Below, piece by piece: positions 40,315 to 50,694 of a stretch of 64,000 bases of DNA (positions are counted from its first letter, which is position 1; each line of letters starts with the position of its first letter). The notes below the pieces were generated by a model. That model was given only the letters and a program-made list of their open reading frames with translations. It was not told where the DNA came from and made no database searches. This DNA comes from Polyangiaceae bacterium (GTDB lineage Bacteria; Myxococcota_A; Polyangia; Polyangiales; Polyangiaceae). The position numbers and the translations under genes were made by a program. Where the stretch lies: NCBI GenBank assembly GCA_050287085.1, contig JBNKBE010000017.1:84531-148530 (forward strand), read 5' to 3'.

Positions 40315-43300
40315 CTAACTAGATTCATTTGACGAATTCGGGTCCATCCGTGCCTCCTCAGACGTCTGGCATGACGCAAGTCGGGCCAAATTCGGCAGAT
40401 GGGCCGCAGTAACGGGACCACCGTCCGCACGCGCCCGAGCCTCCGAGATGAGGGTCACGAGCTCCCTGACGTTCCCGGGGAAGGGATATTGGAGCAATTG
40501 CCGCAGAAGTGCCCGCGTGGGCTCGCCCGCCGGGGACCCCGCGCCCGCCTCGCTCATCCACCCGCGCCACAACCGCGCCACCAAGAGCTCCAGATCGGCC
40601 GTGCGCTCGCGCAGCGGCGGATGCGTCAACGTGCACGAAAACAGCTCGCGAAGCTCCGGTGTCAGGCCCGCACGGCTGGCTGTCGCAAGGAGTCGGGGAC
40701 TGATATTGCTGGCCGCCGCCGGTCCCGACGAGGCCCGAAATGCTGCGGCCAAGTCGCCTTGTAGCTCGGGCACCAGCCGGTCGACGTGTCGAAGCAGTAG
40801 CCCCGCGCCTGCGGCTCTGGCGAACGCCCCTTGCTCACCAAGCAGCTCCGCCCGCTGCTCATTGGCCCCTCCCACGCCGCAATCATACTCGACCAGCGGT
40901 GTTGTACGCCGCGCACTGACCCCGTGGATCTGACGGCAGAGCCAGGCTTTGCCAGCGCCCGCCTCACCGTACACCACCACGGGAATATCGTCGGCGACCA
41001 ACTCCATCAGACGCGGCGCCAAGCGCCGCATCGCATCCGATTCGAGTACCAGCTCGGGAAACGCATCACGCGCGCCCAACACCGCCTCAAGGAGCGTGTT
41101 CTTTTCCTGCTGAGCCGCCAGCAGGTTCGTCAACCGGACCACGTCTGCGCTTGCGGCTGTGGTCTCCACATCGACGGCAACGGCCTCCTCGGAGCGCCCC
41201 CGGGTGGCTGCTTTCGCCACCTCGCGGAGTGCTCGACATTGCTCTCTCCAGCAGAGCACGTCGGCCTCGATGGCTGCGTTGACGCGCGCAGCCTTTTCGA
41301 GTTGCTCCTCGCGCAAGCGGCAGAGGGTGGCAAACTCGGTCACTTGTCGTTGCAGCAGTTCGACCGACGTTTCCGAAACTCGGAGCTCCCCGCGCACCAC
41401 AGCCAGCTCCTCGCTCACGTCGACCCCGGCACCGGCAGCCAATGCCTCCGCAAAGGAGAGCGGCGCCCGACCCGAAAGCCGGACCTCGGCATCCCCCTCA
41501 ACGCTCAACGCGGCGCCGGAGTCTGCCTCCGGCGCTTCGTCACCAGGTGTTGTATCCAAACCAAGGGCACCCCAGCATGCTTGCTCGCGTTCCGATGGCA
41601 ACCCATCGAACAGCCCCTTCGCGGCAGCATGGGCGGCGTCCGCGTTTATCCGAGCCTCATCCTTTGCCCCGCGCTCCGCCGCCGCGACGGCCAAGGCAGA
41701 GTACAAGTGCACAAGCAACAGCGGTTCGTCCGCCTGCGACACCCAATCCTCCAGGCGCTTCTTCCAATTTGCCCGGTGCTCAATGCCGATCGGACTCGAG
41801 CACCGCGCCAACGCGACCAGTAGCTCCGACGCACATTCTCCACCAAGCTGGCAGAGCAGGGCCTCACCCGAAAGAGTTCCCATCTCGTCCAATAGAGCGG
41901 CTGCGTCTTCGACGCGATCGAGCATGAGCAGAGTGAGCGCTCGTTCCGCCCCGCGCTGCAGCGCCGTTGGGTCCGCGGCATCCGACGCGGCAGCGGCAGA
42001 ATCCAATACCTCGAGCGCGGCTTCCGCATCCCCGAGCCTCCGATAGGCTCGAGCTGCGAGCAATGGAGCCGTACGCAACCAAGTGCCAACCCCGGCGAGC
42101 AGACGAACGCCGCCTTCGTAGCGCAACAGCGCGCCCTCGGGCCGTCCCATCAGAAGCTCCAACTGGATTGCTAGCTCCTGGATGCTCGCCAGCACGTTGG
42201 GCGCCCCGCAGGCACGCGCTCTGAGCGTCGCTTCCTCAACCACCTGCTCAGCTTCCACGAGGGGGCCATGGCGTACTAGCAAGCGCAGCAGTTCGCAGCT
42301 CGCAGCTAGCTGGCAAGCGTGCGCGCCTTGCGCGTCATACGCAGCGCGCAGCAGCCGCCGTGCGTCAGCAACGTCGCCCGCCTCTATTGCCAAGGCGCTA
42401 CGGGCCAAAGCCACTTCGATCGCCACGCTTCCCAGCGTCTCCAGATTCAGCGTCGAGAGCACCTCCTCGGCCTTCGGGCGATCCCCCCGACCGAAGAGCG
42501 CAAGACCGTACTCCGCATCGAGTTCGGGTTGAACTTGCTCCCGTGCACCGGTGCGTGCCCTTTCGCACAACGAGCAAGCGGCGTCCCAACGTCCGAGCTT
42601 GCGATGTATGGAGCTCATGACAAGCGCCGCTTGGAGCACGGGAGCTACACCACACCACGGCGCAAGCGACGCCTCAGCCCCTTCCATGTCACCTAGCTTG
42701 AGCTGACATAACGCTGCCTCCACCGAAATGGATACGCATTGCACGGACTCGGCGGCCACCGTGAGCAGTTCCTGCTCCGGATGGAGGCGCCGCCAAACCC
42801 GCAGACCGACAATGCGGTCGTCGAGACGGCTTCCCGCTTTCGCGAGCTGGCGCGCGGCGGCGAAGGCTTGGGCACTGCGGTCGTCGGCATCGGCGGCAAG
42901 CTGCTGCCGCGCCGCGTCGAAGCGGCCACACGTCGTCTCCAACCACAGGCATGAGCCAAGACCATCAGCGCTGTCGAGCACGCTGTCGCACAACGCATCG
43001 CGCGAGGCATCGTCGAGCCGGAGCAGAACCGACTCCGGACGCAGCTGCGGATCCAAGCGCCAACGGTCTCCGTCGGCCCACAACCACCCCGATGCAAATA
43101 GACGGGGACAGACTTCTCCTCCCAGAGCGTTCAATACCGCTTCGCGCGGGGCGCACCCTTGATAAGCCGCAACCGTACCCACACACTGACGTTCGACAGA
43201 CGTCAGCTCCCCCCAAGACACGAGACGCGAGCGCTCCCACGCAGCGGCTTCGGCCGCATGCCCCATCAACGCAGCGCGTAGTGGCGCCACCTGGCCATGA

Positions 43301-44655
43301 GTGCGCTGATACAAAGCCTCGATGGAGTCGGGTCGCAGGGCCCCTTCGACCCACGTGGCGATCTCTTCTTCGCACAACGCCTTGGGCGAGAACTCCGCCA
43401 CACGCAAGTTGGACGCCAGGAGCGGACAAGAGCTAACTGGCGGCGCCCAAACCAACGCAATCGCCTTGCCCAGCGCAGCGGTCTCGAGCGTCGACAGCAG
43501 ACGCCTGAGTTCTGCCGATGACGCCCCCAAATGCATGTCGACGACACACACAACGCAGCGACCCGACGCTTGCTGAGCCTCCAGCGCGTCAAGCTGCTGC
43601 GCAACCGAGGCGCCGCCGGCTTCGAACTCGGGGGCCCTTTCGCGCATCCGCAATCGAAGCTGTCGGTTCAGGTGCTCAGCCAAGCCTGGGGGCGGCTCAG
43701 TCGCCTGCCATTGAACCCATCCAAGCGCCGACACGCCCAACTCGACGGTGTCCGCTACGAAGCGAGCCAGTTCTTCAAGAACTCCATGAAACTGCTGGGG
43801 ACGTTCGGCCAGTAGCCACGGGGCAACGACCGGTGCGCCACCACCGGCCAGTCGCTGCACTTCAGCCAGCACGTGCTCTGAGCTGTCGCACTCCCCGCGG
43901 AGCAACTCCAAGAGCTCGAAGACTCCGGCCTCTGGCAGAGATCCGACGCGCGCCAACAAGCTCTGCACCGCGGTGCCTAGAGCATAGACGTCGTCTAGCG
44001 GCCCAAAGGGCAACCCGGCGCGGGCCGCCGCTCGGTAGTGGACATCCCGGAGACTGAGCTGCTCGGGCAGAGGTAGTGGCTCCAGCACCAGCTTGAGAGC
44101 GCCGTGCGCGTCGAAACGAATAGCTTCGGGCCGCAAACGCCCCGCGGCGTGACCGCGCGCATGCAAGTAGGCGAGAGCCTCAACAAGTTGCGTCAAGTGC
44201 TCGTTCAGGGAGGACCAATCATCAAACTGGCACCAAGAGCGCTCGGGCAGCAACTCCGATGCCAGATAGACCCACTGGGTCCCCTCGAGGTCAACAACCC
44301 CGGCATCGTACACCGCAGCAATCCCCGGGTGCCGCAGCGGAGCCAACAGCTCAAAGCGCTGCCAAAGCTCGGCGGCACAGTCGGACGGTGTCAAATCCAC
44401 TCGCACGCGCTGCCCCATGGTGCGAGAAAACGCCGTGTATCCCGGGCCCACCCCATCGCGCTGAAGTGCCTCATAACGCTGGTGGAACGGAGATGCCTCG
44501 ACGCCTCTCTCAACCATCAACCCGTCGGAGACCAGCTCATCGCTTTCCGAAATCCCTTCCGGCGCGGGCACCGCACTCAATCCCAAGGCGGGCGAAGACT
44601 CAGACGCGCGCGGGCGCTCTCGGGATGGAGTGGAAGCTAGGACGTCGGACACCAA
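40315..44655 (-). CDS. Degenerate kinase / TPR-like / sigma-54-interaction-type AAA+ multidomain protein
   Basis: N-terminal kinase-like fold (LRHPGIAAVYD, LAYLH, DVYALG); C-terminal VVVYGEAGAGK, PPLRERTADL and YPFPGNVREL motifs. Confidence 0.75.
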   Translation of the reverse strand: MVSDVLASTPSRERPRASESSPALGLSAVPAPEGISESDELVSDGLMVERGVEASPFHQRYEALQRDGVGPGYTAFSRTMGQRVRVDLTPSDCAAELWQRFELLAPLRHPGIAAVYDAGVVDLEGTQWVYLASELLPERSWCQFDDWSSLNEHLTQLVEALAYLHARGHAAGRLRPEAIRFDAHGALKLVLEPLPLPEQLSLRDVHYRAAARAGLPFGPLDDVYALGTAVQSLLARVGSLPEAGVFELLELLRGECDSSEHVLAEVQRLAGGGAPVVAPWLLAERPQQFHGVLEELARFVADTVELGVSALGWVQWQATEPPPGLAEHLNRQLRLRMRERAPEFEAGGASVAQQLDALEAQQASGRCVVCVVDMHLGASSAELRRLLSTLETAALGKAIALVWAPPVSSCPLLASNLRVAEFSPKALCEEEIATWVEGALRPDSIEALYQRTHGQVAPLRAALMGHAAEAAAWERSRLVSWGELTSVERQCVGTVAAYQGCAPREAVLNALGGEVCPRLFASGWLWADGDRWRLDPQLRPESVLLRLDDASRDALCDSVLDSADGLGSCLWLETTCGRFDAARQQLAADADDRSAQAFAAARQLAKAGSRLDDRIVGLRVWRRLHPEQELLTVAAESVQCVSISVEAALCQLKLGDMEGAEASLAPWCGVAPVLQAALVMSSIHRKLGRWDAACSLCERARTGAREQVQPELDAEYGLALFGRGDRPKAEEVLSTLNLETLGSVAIEVALARSALAIEAGDVADARRLLRAAYDAQGAHACQLAASCELLRLLVRHGPLVEAEQVVEEATLRARACGAPNVLASIQELAIQLELLMGRPEGALLRYEGGVRLLAGVGTWLRTAPLLAARAYRRLGDAEAALEVLDSAAAASDAADPTALQRGAERALTLLMLDRVEDAAALLDEMGTLSGEALLCQLGGECASELLVALARCSSPIGIEHRANWKKRLEDWVSQADEPLLLVHLYSALAVAAAERGAKDEARINADAAHAAAKGLFDGLPSEREQACWGALGLDTTPGDEAPEADSGAALSVEGDAEVRLSGRAPLSFAEALAAGAGVDVSEELAVVRGELRVSETSVELLQRQVTEFATLCRLREEQLEKAARVNAAIEADVLCWREQCRALREVAKAATRGRSEEAVAVDVETTAASADVVRLTNLLAAQQEKNTLLEAVLGARDAFPELVLESDAMRRLAPRLMELVADDIPVVVYGEAGAGKAWLCRQIHGVSARRTTPLVEYDCGVGGANEQRAELLGEQGAFARAAGAGLLLRHVDRLVPELQGDLAAAFRASSGPAAASNISPRLLATASRAGLTPELRELFSCTLTHPPLRERTADLELLVARLWRGWMSEAGAGSPAGEPTRALLRQLLQYPFPGNVRELVTLISEARARADGGPVTAAHLPNLARLASCQTSEEARMDPNSSNESS

Positions 44656-44926
44656 GGGTAAGAGCGGCCACTCACAGGGTTTTTGGAGCCCTCACGCGCT
44701 CAGCGAGTCCGCTTTGCGGCGAAGCGGGTTGTCTGACGGCCCCGTATTGCTAATAATTTCAACATCCTACACGACGACCAAGCGAGCCGACCAACGCGAC
44801 AGCACGCTGCGTCGGCTATCGGCCAGGAGGCGGATGTTGCCTTGAGAGCGGAAACCTCGCGGCAGCTGTGGGGCCTGGGCCTAGTCCGGCACCGCTCGTG
44901 ACGCGAGGGCAACGGCCCCGCACTCG

Positions 44927-45124
44927 TCAATAGTGAGGTGGCTTCTGATGCTGGCTTGGATCGGCCCCGATCCCAAGCTCTCGTAGAAGCGACGAAACGG
45001 CGCGAACTTGGGCTTCGAGGGCAGCAATCTGCCGCCCCTGACGAAACACCTCAGCGTTGAGCTCCGCAATGCTGCGGTCATTGTAGGCCGTCTTGGTCTC
45101 GAGTGTGTTCAGGCGCTCGTCCAT
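44927..45124 (-). CDS. slyX: SlyX family protein
   Basis: MDERLNTLETKTAYNDRSIAELNAEVFRQ...KPPHY. Confidence 0.9.
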   Translation of the reverse strand: MDERLNTLETKTAYNDRSIAELNAEVFRQGRQIAALEAQVRAVSSLLRELGIGADPSQHQKPPHY

Positions 45125-45155
45125 GCCGCTACCCTCTCCCAAGCGCGGTACGCAC

Positions 45156-45566
45156 TCAACCGATCTTAGCTTGAGGCCCACCGGCCACGAGGCTTAGACG
45201 CGCCTGGGAACGTCCACCCCCGACCCCTTGGCCCGACACGGCTCGCAGCGGCTTACGCACGAGTGAGGAGACAATCTGCTTGAGCGACTCCAGAAACTCG
45301 CGGTGTTCGGCGGTCGCAGTGTCGATCTCGCGTTGACCAAACACCCGCGTCGCGTCCTCGAGCAGGCTCTGCGCGAAGAAGACCTGGGTGAGGGCGACGG
45401 TGCGCAAGTGGCGCTCCACTTCGGCCGTGGATACCCCCCAACGTCGCAACACCTCGGGCAGTTCACGGTAGTCGCAGTACTCGACCCGCTCCTTATCCTC
45501 CGACCGCAGGCGCCAAGGCTTTGTCGTGCGCTTGCGCTCCCAGAACAACTCAACGCGCGTGCGCAT
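45156..45566 (-). CDS. Hypothetical protein
   Basis: Globular-looking ORF directly upstream of slyX; probable ATG at 45566 (ORF open to 45848). Confidence 0.6.
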   Translation of the reverse strand: MRTRVELFWERKRTTKPWRLRSEDKERVEYCDYRELPEVLRRWGVSTAEVERHLRTVALTQVFFAQSLLEDATRVFGQREIDTATAEHREFLESLKQIVSSLVRKPLRAVSGQGVGGGRSQARLSLVAGGPQAKIG

Positions 45567-46008
45567 CGAGTGCTCGGGAATGGTGAAGAATATGTGGGGG
45601 TCCACCGCATGACGGTCCAAGAAATGAAGTATCGCCTGCACGACAAGCCTCTCAATCTTCCAAACGAGCAACCAGCAATCTAGGTGTAGCGACCACACCC
45701 ACATCTCGTCCAACGCTTTCGTGGCGCGTTCCCTACGAACGGTCTCCTTTCGCACAGCGTCTGCGCCAAAAAGCGACAGCTTGAGATGGCTGGGGTAGCG
45801 GGGACGGCGAACTACTAGATGTGGGCCACAACGAACCCGAGAGCCCAATCCCTGGCGCTACGCCGGGTCCAGCAGCACATCGCACTCTCGCGTCCGATCG
45901 GCGGATCGGTCTCATCATGTCGAAAGCTTTCGACAAATCCGGAGCCGCCTTCTACAACTCCCTGCGCATTGTAACAGTGCACTTCCGTTCTGGCTGCCCA
46001 TCTCAGCA

Positions 46009-48507
46009 GTGAGCGGGCGTGAGTGGGCGGCGGTTGGCAGCCCCTCCCGGGGGGGTGCTGGTCCAACTTTCCATAGGCTTTTTGTCTTGAGCTCCAACGC
46101 CCCTGACCTGCGAGGTCGTACGCCCCCCCAAAGGGAGAGTCACGCGGGTGCCACAGCGCGCAAGGACCCCCCGCGGTGGGAGCCTGAGCTCCAAAACCGA
46201 GAAGAACCGGCTCAGCCAGCGGAAGCGCCGCGTCCCGTACTCGAGGTCTGCAGTCAATCGGTTGTCGTCCACGCGGGGGGTGCGTTCGAAGAGCGAAGCC
46301 TACCGGTATTGAGACTTTGGTTCCGCTACGGCAGCCAAGAGCTGCGGGTCACCGACAAGCGCGATGGCTTTTTCGTGTCGCAGGCGGGCAGCACAACCCG
46401 CGTCCAGCGGGATCGGGCCGCAGAGCAACGGTATCAAACCGTTCTGGAGAGCTTCGGTGCGGTCGAGCTCTGCTGCCTGGACGACATCGACGTGGGGGGT
46501 GACGCAGACGCCGACTATCTGGTGAGCATCAACGACAGCGTCCATGCGCTCTGCTCCTTCAGCGCGTACGCAATCCCGCAGCTGCGCCGCCTCGGGTTCG
46601 ACGTGGTGGTGGCCAGCGACTACCCGTTTCAAGTCGTCGCTCCAGACGCACCTTGGTTTGCCGACGTCGCAGGAAGCCAGGAGGAAGACGACGACCAGAA
46701 GTCCGATTGGTTCAGCCTCGAACTGGGGGTAGAAGTCGACGGGGAACGTCACAATCTCCTGCCTGCACTACTCGAAGTATTGGGTTCCGGTACGGATGCG
46801 GAGAGCTTGAGCAGCCTGTTCCGCTCCCACGGTCGCTTTCGAGCTCTCCCCGTGGGGGAAAACCGCTACGTGGTGATGCCCCCCGAGCGTCTCAAGCTGC
46901 TGCTGCTGGTGCTGGAAGAACTGCACGGCGAGGACCCCAAACGCCTCAAGTTCACGCGCGAAGCGGCCAACGTCGTGGCTGCCTTGGACGACGTATTCGA
47001 AGATGATACCGGGCAGCTCACGTGGTGTGGAGACACGCGGGTCATCGACAGTGGGCGTGCGGTGCGGGCTCGTTGTGACATCGGTCACGCCGCGGTCGCA
47101 CCAGGTCTGCGGGCGACTCTCCGAGAGTACCAACAGGAAGGCCTGAATTGGCTTCAGCACCTGACAACCTACCAGGTCGGAGGCGTCCTAGCTGACGACA
47201 TGGGGCTGGGCAAGACGCTGCAGACAATCGCACATCTCGCCACCGAAAAGCAGAGCGGCCGTATGGTGAAGCCGGCGCTCGTTGTCGTTCCGACTAGCCT
47301 CACTGGCAACTGGCAGCGCGAGATCGGCAAGTTCGCCCCATTTCTCCGCGTTCTTGTTCTGCAAGGAGCCAAACGCCATTCGAGCTTCGGACACATCAGC
47401 ACCCACGACGTGGTCGTCACGACCTATCCGGTCATTGTCCGCGATCTGGAACGCTTCGTTGTTCACGACTATCACCTCTTGATCCTGGACGAGGCCCAGG
47501 CGATCAAGAACGCGCGCAGTCTAGCGGCCGAAGCAGTGGGTTCGATTCGCTCAGAACACCGGTTGTGCATCACGGGAACCCCGGTCGAGAACAATCTTGG
47601 AGAGCTGTGGTCGCTCTTTAATTTCCTGATGCCGGGGTTTCTCGGGAACCGCTCGCAGTTCCGAAGCCGCTACCAGACGCCGATCGAACGCGAGGGAAAC
47701 GAAGTTCGCTTGCAGCAGCTTCGCGCACGGGTCGCCCCCTACATACTTCGGCGGATGAAGAACACCGTCGCGAAAGACCTGCCACCCAAGACAGAGCTGG
47801 TGCGTCCGGTCGAACTAGAGGGGCTGCAGCGGGATCTCTATGAGAGCATCCGTCTTGCGGCCCACAGCCAAGTACGAAGCATCATCAAGAAGAAGGGGCT
47901 CGCGGGCTCTACGATTGCGATCTTGGACGCTTTGATGAAGCTGCGACAAGCGTGTTGCGATCCTCGCTTGATCCAATCGGACGCAGCGCGCCAGGTGACG
48001 TCGTCGGCCAAGTATGAGTTCCTGATGGATCTTCTCGGCACTCAACTTCAGCAGGGCCGTCGTATCCTGATCTTCTCTCAATTCACCCGCATGCTCGCCC
48101 TCATCGCCGACGGCCTGCGCCGCTCCAACGAGCCCTTCATCGCTCTGACCGGCGCCACCGTTGACCGACAAAAGAAGTGCGATGAATTTGAGCGCGGCGA
48201 CGCCAACGTCTTCCTCATCAGCTTGAAAGCGGGAGGCACAGGCTTGAACCTAACCAGCGCCGACACGGTGATCCACTACGACCCTTGGTGGAATCCAGCG
48301 GCGCAAGCTCAAGCCACAGACCGAGCCTACCGCATCGGACAGAAGCGGCCAGTGTTCGTCTACAATCTCATCGTTGCCGGCAGCGTAGAAGAGCGCATGC
48401 TGCGCCTCCAAGAACAGAAGCGGCATCTCGCCGATACCATTCTGGGGCAAGCGGGCTCGGCTCTTTCGGAAAACGAACTCGAAGACCTATTCGCCCCGCT
48501 ATCGTAG
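46009..48507 (+). CDS. SNF2/SWI2 family helicase (DEAQ box)
   Basis: LADDMGLGKT, ILDEAQAIKN, TGTPVEN, LRQACCDP, SLKAGGTGLNL and DPWWNPA..QATDRAYRIGQ motifs. Start uncertain. Confidence 0.93.
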   Translation: MSGREWAAVGSPSRGGAGPTFHRLFVLSSNAPDLRGRTPPQRESHAGATARKDPPRWEPELQNREEPAQPAEAPRPVLEVCSQSVVVHAGGAFEERSLPVLRLWFRYGSQELRVTDKRDGFFVSQAGSTTRVQRDRAAEQRYQTVLESFGAVELCCLDDIDVGGDADADYLVSINDSVHALCSFSAYAIPQLRRLGFDVVVASDYPFQVVAPDAPWFADVAGSQEEDDDQKSDWFSLELGVEVDGERHNLLPALLEVLGSGTDAESLSSLFRSHGRFRALPVGENRYVVMPPERLKLLLLVLEELHGEDPKRLKFTREAANVVAALDDVFEDDTGQLTWCGDTRVIDSGRAVRARCDIGHAAVAPGLRATLREYQQEGLNWLQHLTTYQVGGVLADDMGLGKTLQTIAHLATEKQSGRMVKPALVVVPTSLTGNWQREIGKFAPFLRVLVLQGAKRHSSFGHISTHDVVVTTYPVIVRDLERFVVHDYHLLILDEAQAIKNARSLAAEAVGSIRSEHRLCITGTPVENNLGELWSLFNFLMPGFLGNRSQFRSRYQTPIEREGNEVRLQQLRARVAPYILRRMKNTVAKDLPPKTELVRPVELEGLQRDLYESIRLAAHSQVRSIIKKKGLAGSTIAILDALMKLRQACCDPRLIQSDAARQVTSSAKYEFLMDLLGTQLQQGRRILIFSQFTRMLALIADGLRRSNEPFIALTGATVDRQKKCDEFERGDANVFLISLKAGGTGLNLTSADTVIHYDPWWNPAAQAQATDRAYRIGQKRPVFVYNLIVAGSVEERMLRLQEQKRHLADTILGQAGSALSENELEDLFAPLS

Positions 48508-48517
48508 CCGGACGCTT

Positions 48518-48784
48518 TCAGGTGACTTCGCCAGTTGTCCCTCGCGGAGACATCGCTGGTACACCGCGCGGCCGCCGCTCAGCGAGCGCCGCCACAATCA
48601 CCCGTCTGGCTGGCGTTTGCTCGAGACCTATCAAGAGTCCGAGATGCTCCTCTACATTGCCAAACGCCGCCGTAATCAGCCCGGAACGCGTCACCGGAAA
48701 AGATATCGTTCCGCGGTGAACGGCACGCAGCAGACGGTGCAACTCGACGGTGGGGACCCGACTCAACCCTTCGCTGCGCATCAC
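48518..48784 (-). CDS. Small hypothetical protein
   Basis: 88-aa ORF with helical, protein-like composition, convergent with the SNF2 gene. Confidence 0.5.
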   Translation of the reverse strand: MMRSEGLSRVPTVELHRLLRAVHRGTISFPVTRSGLITAAFGNVEEHLGLLIGLEQTPARRVIVAALAERRPRGVPAMSPRGTTGEVT

Positions 48785-48955
48785 CCAATACCTTAGAAAC
48801 GATTCCAGAAAGCCCCAGCATCATGTCGCCCCCAGGGGTGAGGCCGTCCCGACGCTGCTGCTGTGACATACTTTCAATCGGCTCTTTCTGCAATCGCCGG
48901 GTCACCAATCCTATCTAGGCTCGGCTCTGAAACCCCTTGATCTGCCTTCCAGAAG

Positions 48956-49684
48956 TCAGGGCAACGCGAAAACCAAGGTCGCTACCAGCTCTGGCGTGCG
49001 AGCCATGCGACCGTGGAAGCGCCGGATGTGTTCGTTCCATGTGGGTACGGATACCAGAAACCGGCAGCGGAAAGTGTTGGCGTCGAGATCGACATCCAGC
49101 TCTACGTCGTGAAATCCCAGAAACTGCCGAGAGATGGGATACTGACTCTTGTATAGGCTTTCCTTCGCAGAGAAGAGCACCTTGCCGGCAGCCGCCTGCT
49201 GTCTAAGCGGCACCGACGAGAGCCAACGGCGCTCCCGCTCGGTGGCGATGCGCGTGACCAATTCGGGAGCCAGGGCCCCCGCACCCTCCACATCGATTCC
49301 TAGGGCGGCCAGGGTCCCCTGAGAAAGCGCCACCGCACACCAACCCGCCGTGTGCGTGAGACTCCCGATCACACCGGGTGGCCAAATCGGCGCGCGCTCA
49401 GAATCATTGAGCAACGGAGCCATGGGGAGCCCCAGATCTCCGAGCGCCCGACGAAAGAGAGAGCGCGCAGCCCGGTACTGTTGCTTTCGCGAGTCGACCG
49501 CGCGCGCGAGCACGGCCTCCTCCTCTTCATAGGGGGAAGGCCCCTCATTCCAAGCCGAGGGGGGTCCCTCTCGCACAATCACCCCCGCTGGGGCCAAGTC
49601 GCTAACGAGCCGGCGCATCTCACGCCCCATAGCTGGAGTGCACACGAACGTCGACCCCATGACGAATCCCGAGCGCAAGTGCAT
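48956..49684 (-). CDS. 4'-phosphopantetheinyl transferase (EntD/Sfp type)
   Basis: RAPIWPPGVIGSLTHT, LGIDVE and FSAKESLYK motifs. Start uncertain. Confidence 0.92.
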   Translation of the reverse strand: MHLRSGFVMGSTFVCTPAMGREMRRLVSDLAPAGVIVREGPPSAWNEGPSPYEEEEAVLARAVDSRKQQYRAARSLFRRALGDLGLPMAPLLNDSERAPIWPPGVIGSLTHTAGWCAVALSQGTLAALGIDVEGAGALAPELVTRIATERERRWLSSVPLRQQAAAGKVLFSAKESLYKSQYPISRQFLGFHDVELDVDLDANTFRCRFLVSVPTWNEHIRRFHGRMARTPELVATLVFALP

Positions 49685-49721
49685 TGATTCGCGGAAGGCA
49701 TATCAGCCCCAGCGCGAGAGC

Positions 49722-50618
49722 TCAGGGGTTGGCCTCCACGACCTTTTGCGCCTGCTTGTTGAGGGTCGCAACGTCCGCTTCGCTCAGAGCCAGTGCATCG
49801 ATCGCCGACTTGACCTGCATTTCACGAATTTCCGAGCCAAAACCCGCTCCCGCGGCGGCCGCCAAACCGTCCGCCAGACAGACGGCTGCGGCCAAAGGAT
49901 GCACCCTTCCGTCGATCTTGAAGTGGTGATGATGGCCCACCACGAGTCTGACATCCTCGGGCAATTTCCACGCGCGCGCCAGCACGGTCGATGCCTCCTC
50001 ATGAACCGTCTCGATCACCCCCGCCACCTCATCGTAGCTGGGCGGCTCCTTGCCGCGCTCCCGCTCTGCGACGATAAGAATCGCAGCGGCACCTCCTACA
50101 TCGTGCAACAACCCACACATGTAGGCGTACTCATCCGGAAATCCGATGAGGCGGCATACGGCACGAGACAAGTCCGCGACCACAACGGAATGTCGACGCA
50201 ATGCTTCCATCGGTTGCTGATAGTCGGGTGCCTTGAATACTCTTGTCGTCAGAGCCTCTCGCAGGAACAACTCCGAGACCATCTTGAGACCAAGCCGCGA
50301 AATGGCGTCGTCCAGCGACTCGATGGTGGCACCTCTGGCAAAGTAGGCAGTGCGCGCGAGCCGTAGCAGCTTCGCAGCGATCAACGGCTCCGTACGGGCC
50401 AGAGCCTTGATCTTCTGAAAAGGCACGTTTGGATCGCGGGACAGCTCCAAGAGCTGCAGAGCGACGGCGGGCAGAACCGGAGGCTGATAGCTATCGCTCA
50501 GGAGCACGGCCCTCATCCGCTCCACCAATGCCGACGGATCGGCGCACAACAACGCGTCAGGACTCGATAGGCGATACTCCCCACGACCATAGCGCTCGTT
50601 CTTTTTTGCGTCGTGCAT
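49722..50618 (-). CDS. HDOD domain protein
   Basis: PVLPAVALQL, EPLIAAKLLRLA, AISRLG, HS, GLLHDVG and WKLP..V...HHH motifs. Confidence 0.88.
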   Translation of the reverse strand: MHDAKKNERYGRGEYRLSSPDALLCADPSALVERMRAVLLSDSYQPPVLPAVALQLLELSRDPNVPFQKIKALARTEPLIAAKLLRLARTAYFARGATIESLDDAISRLGLKMVSELFLREALTTRVFKAPDYQQPMEALRRHSVVVADLSRAVCRLIGFPDEYAYMCGLLHDVGGAAAILIVAERERGKEPPSYDEVAGVIETVHEEASTVLARAWKLPEDVRLVVGHHHHFKIDGRVHPLAAAVCLADGLAAAAGAGFGSEIREMQVKSAIDALALSEADVATLNKQAQKVVEANP

Positions 50619-50694
50619 CCTAACGAGCCAACGACCACCTGACATCGCGCCTTTAGGACCGTCCAAACCGCCCCGGACGGAGGGAATATCCGCT

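Noticed and set aside
40831..42046. Long + strand ORFs (330 and 295 aa)
   Set aside because: Antisense to the 1446-aa gene with no recognisable motifs.
45821..46012. Small ORF or frameshifted N-terminus (SWIM domain) of the SNF2 gene
   Set aside because: No CxC..CxH SWIM motif seen upstream and no other support for coding.
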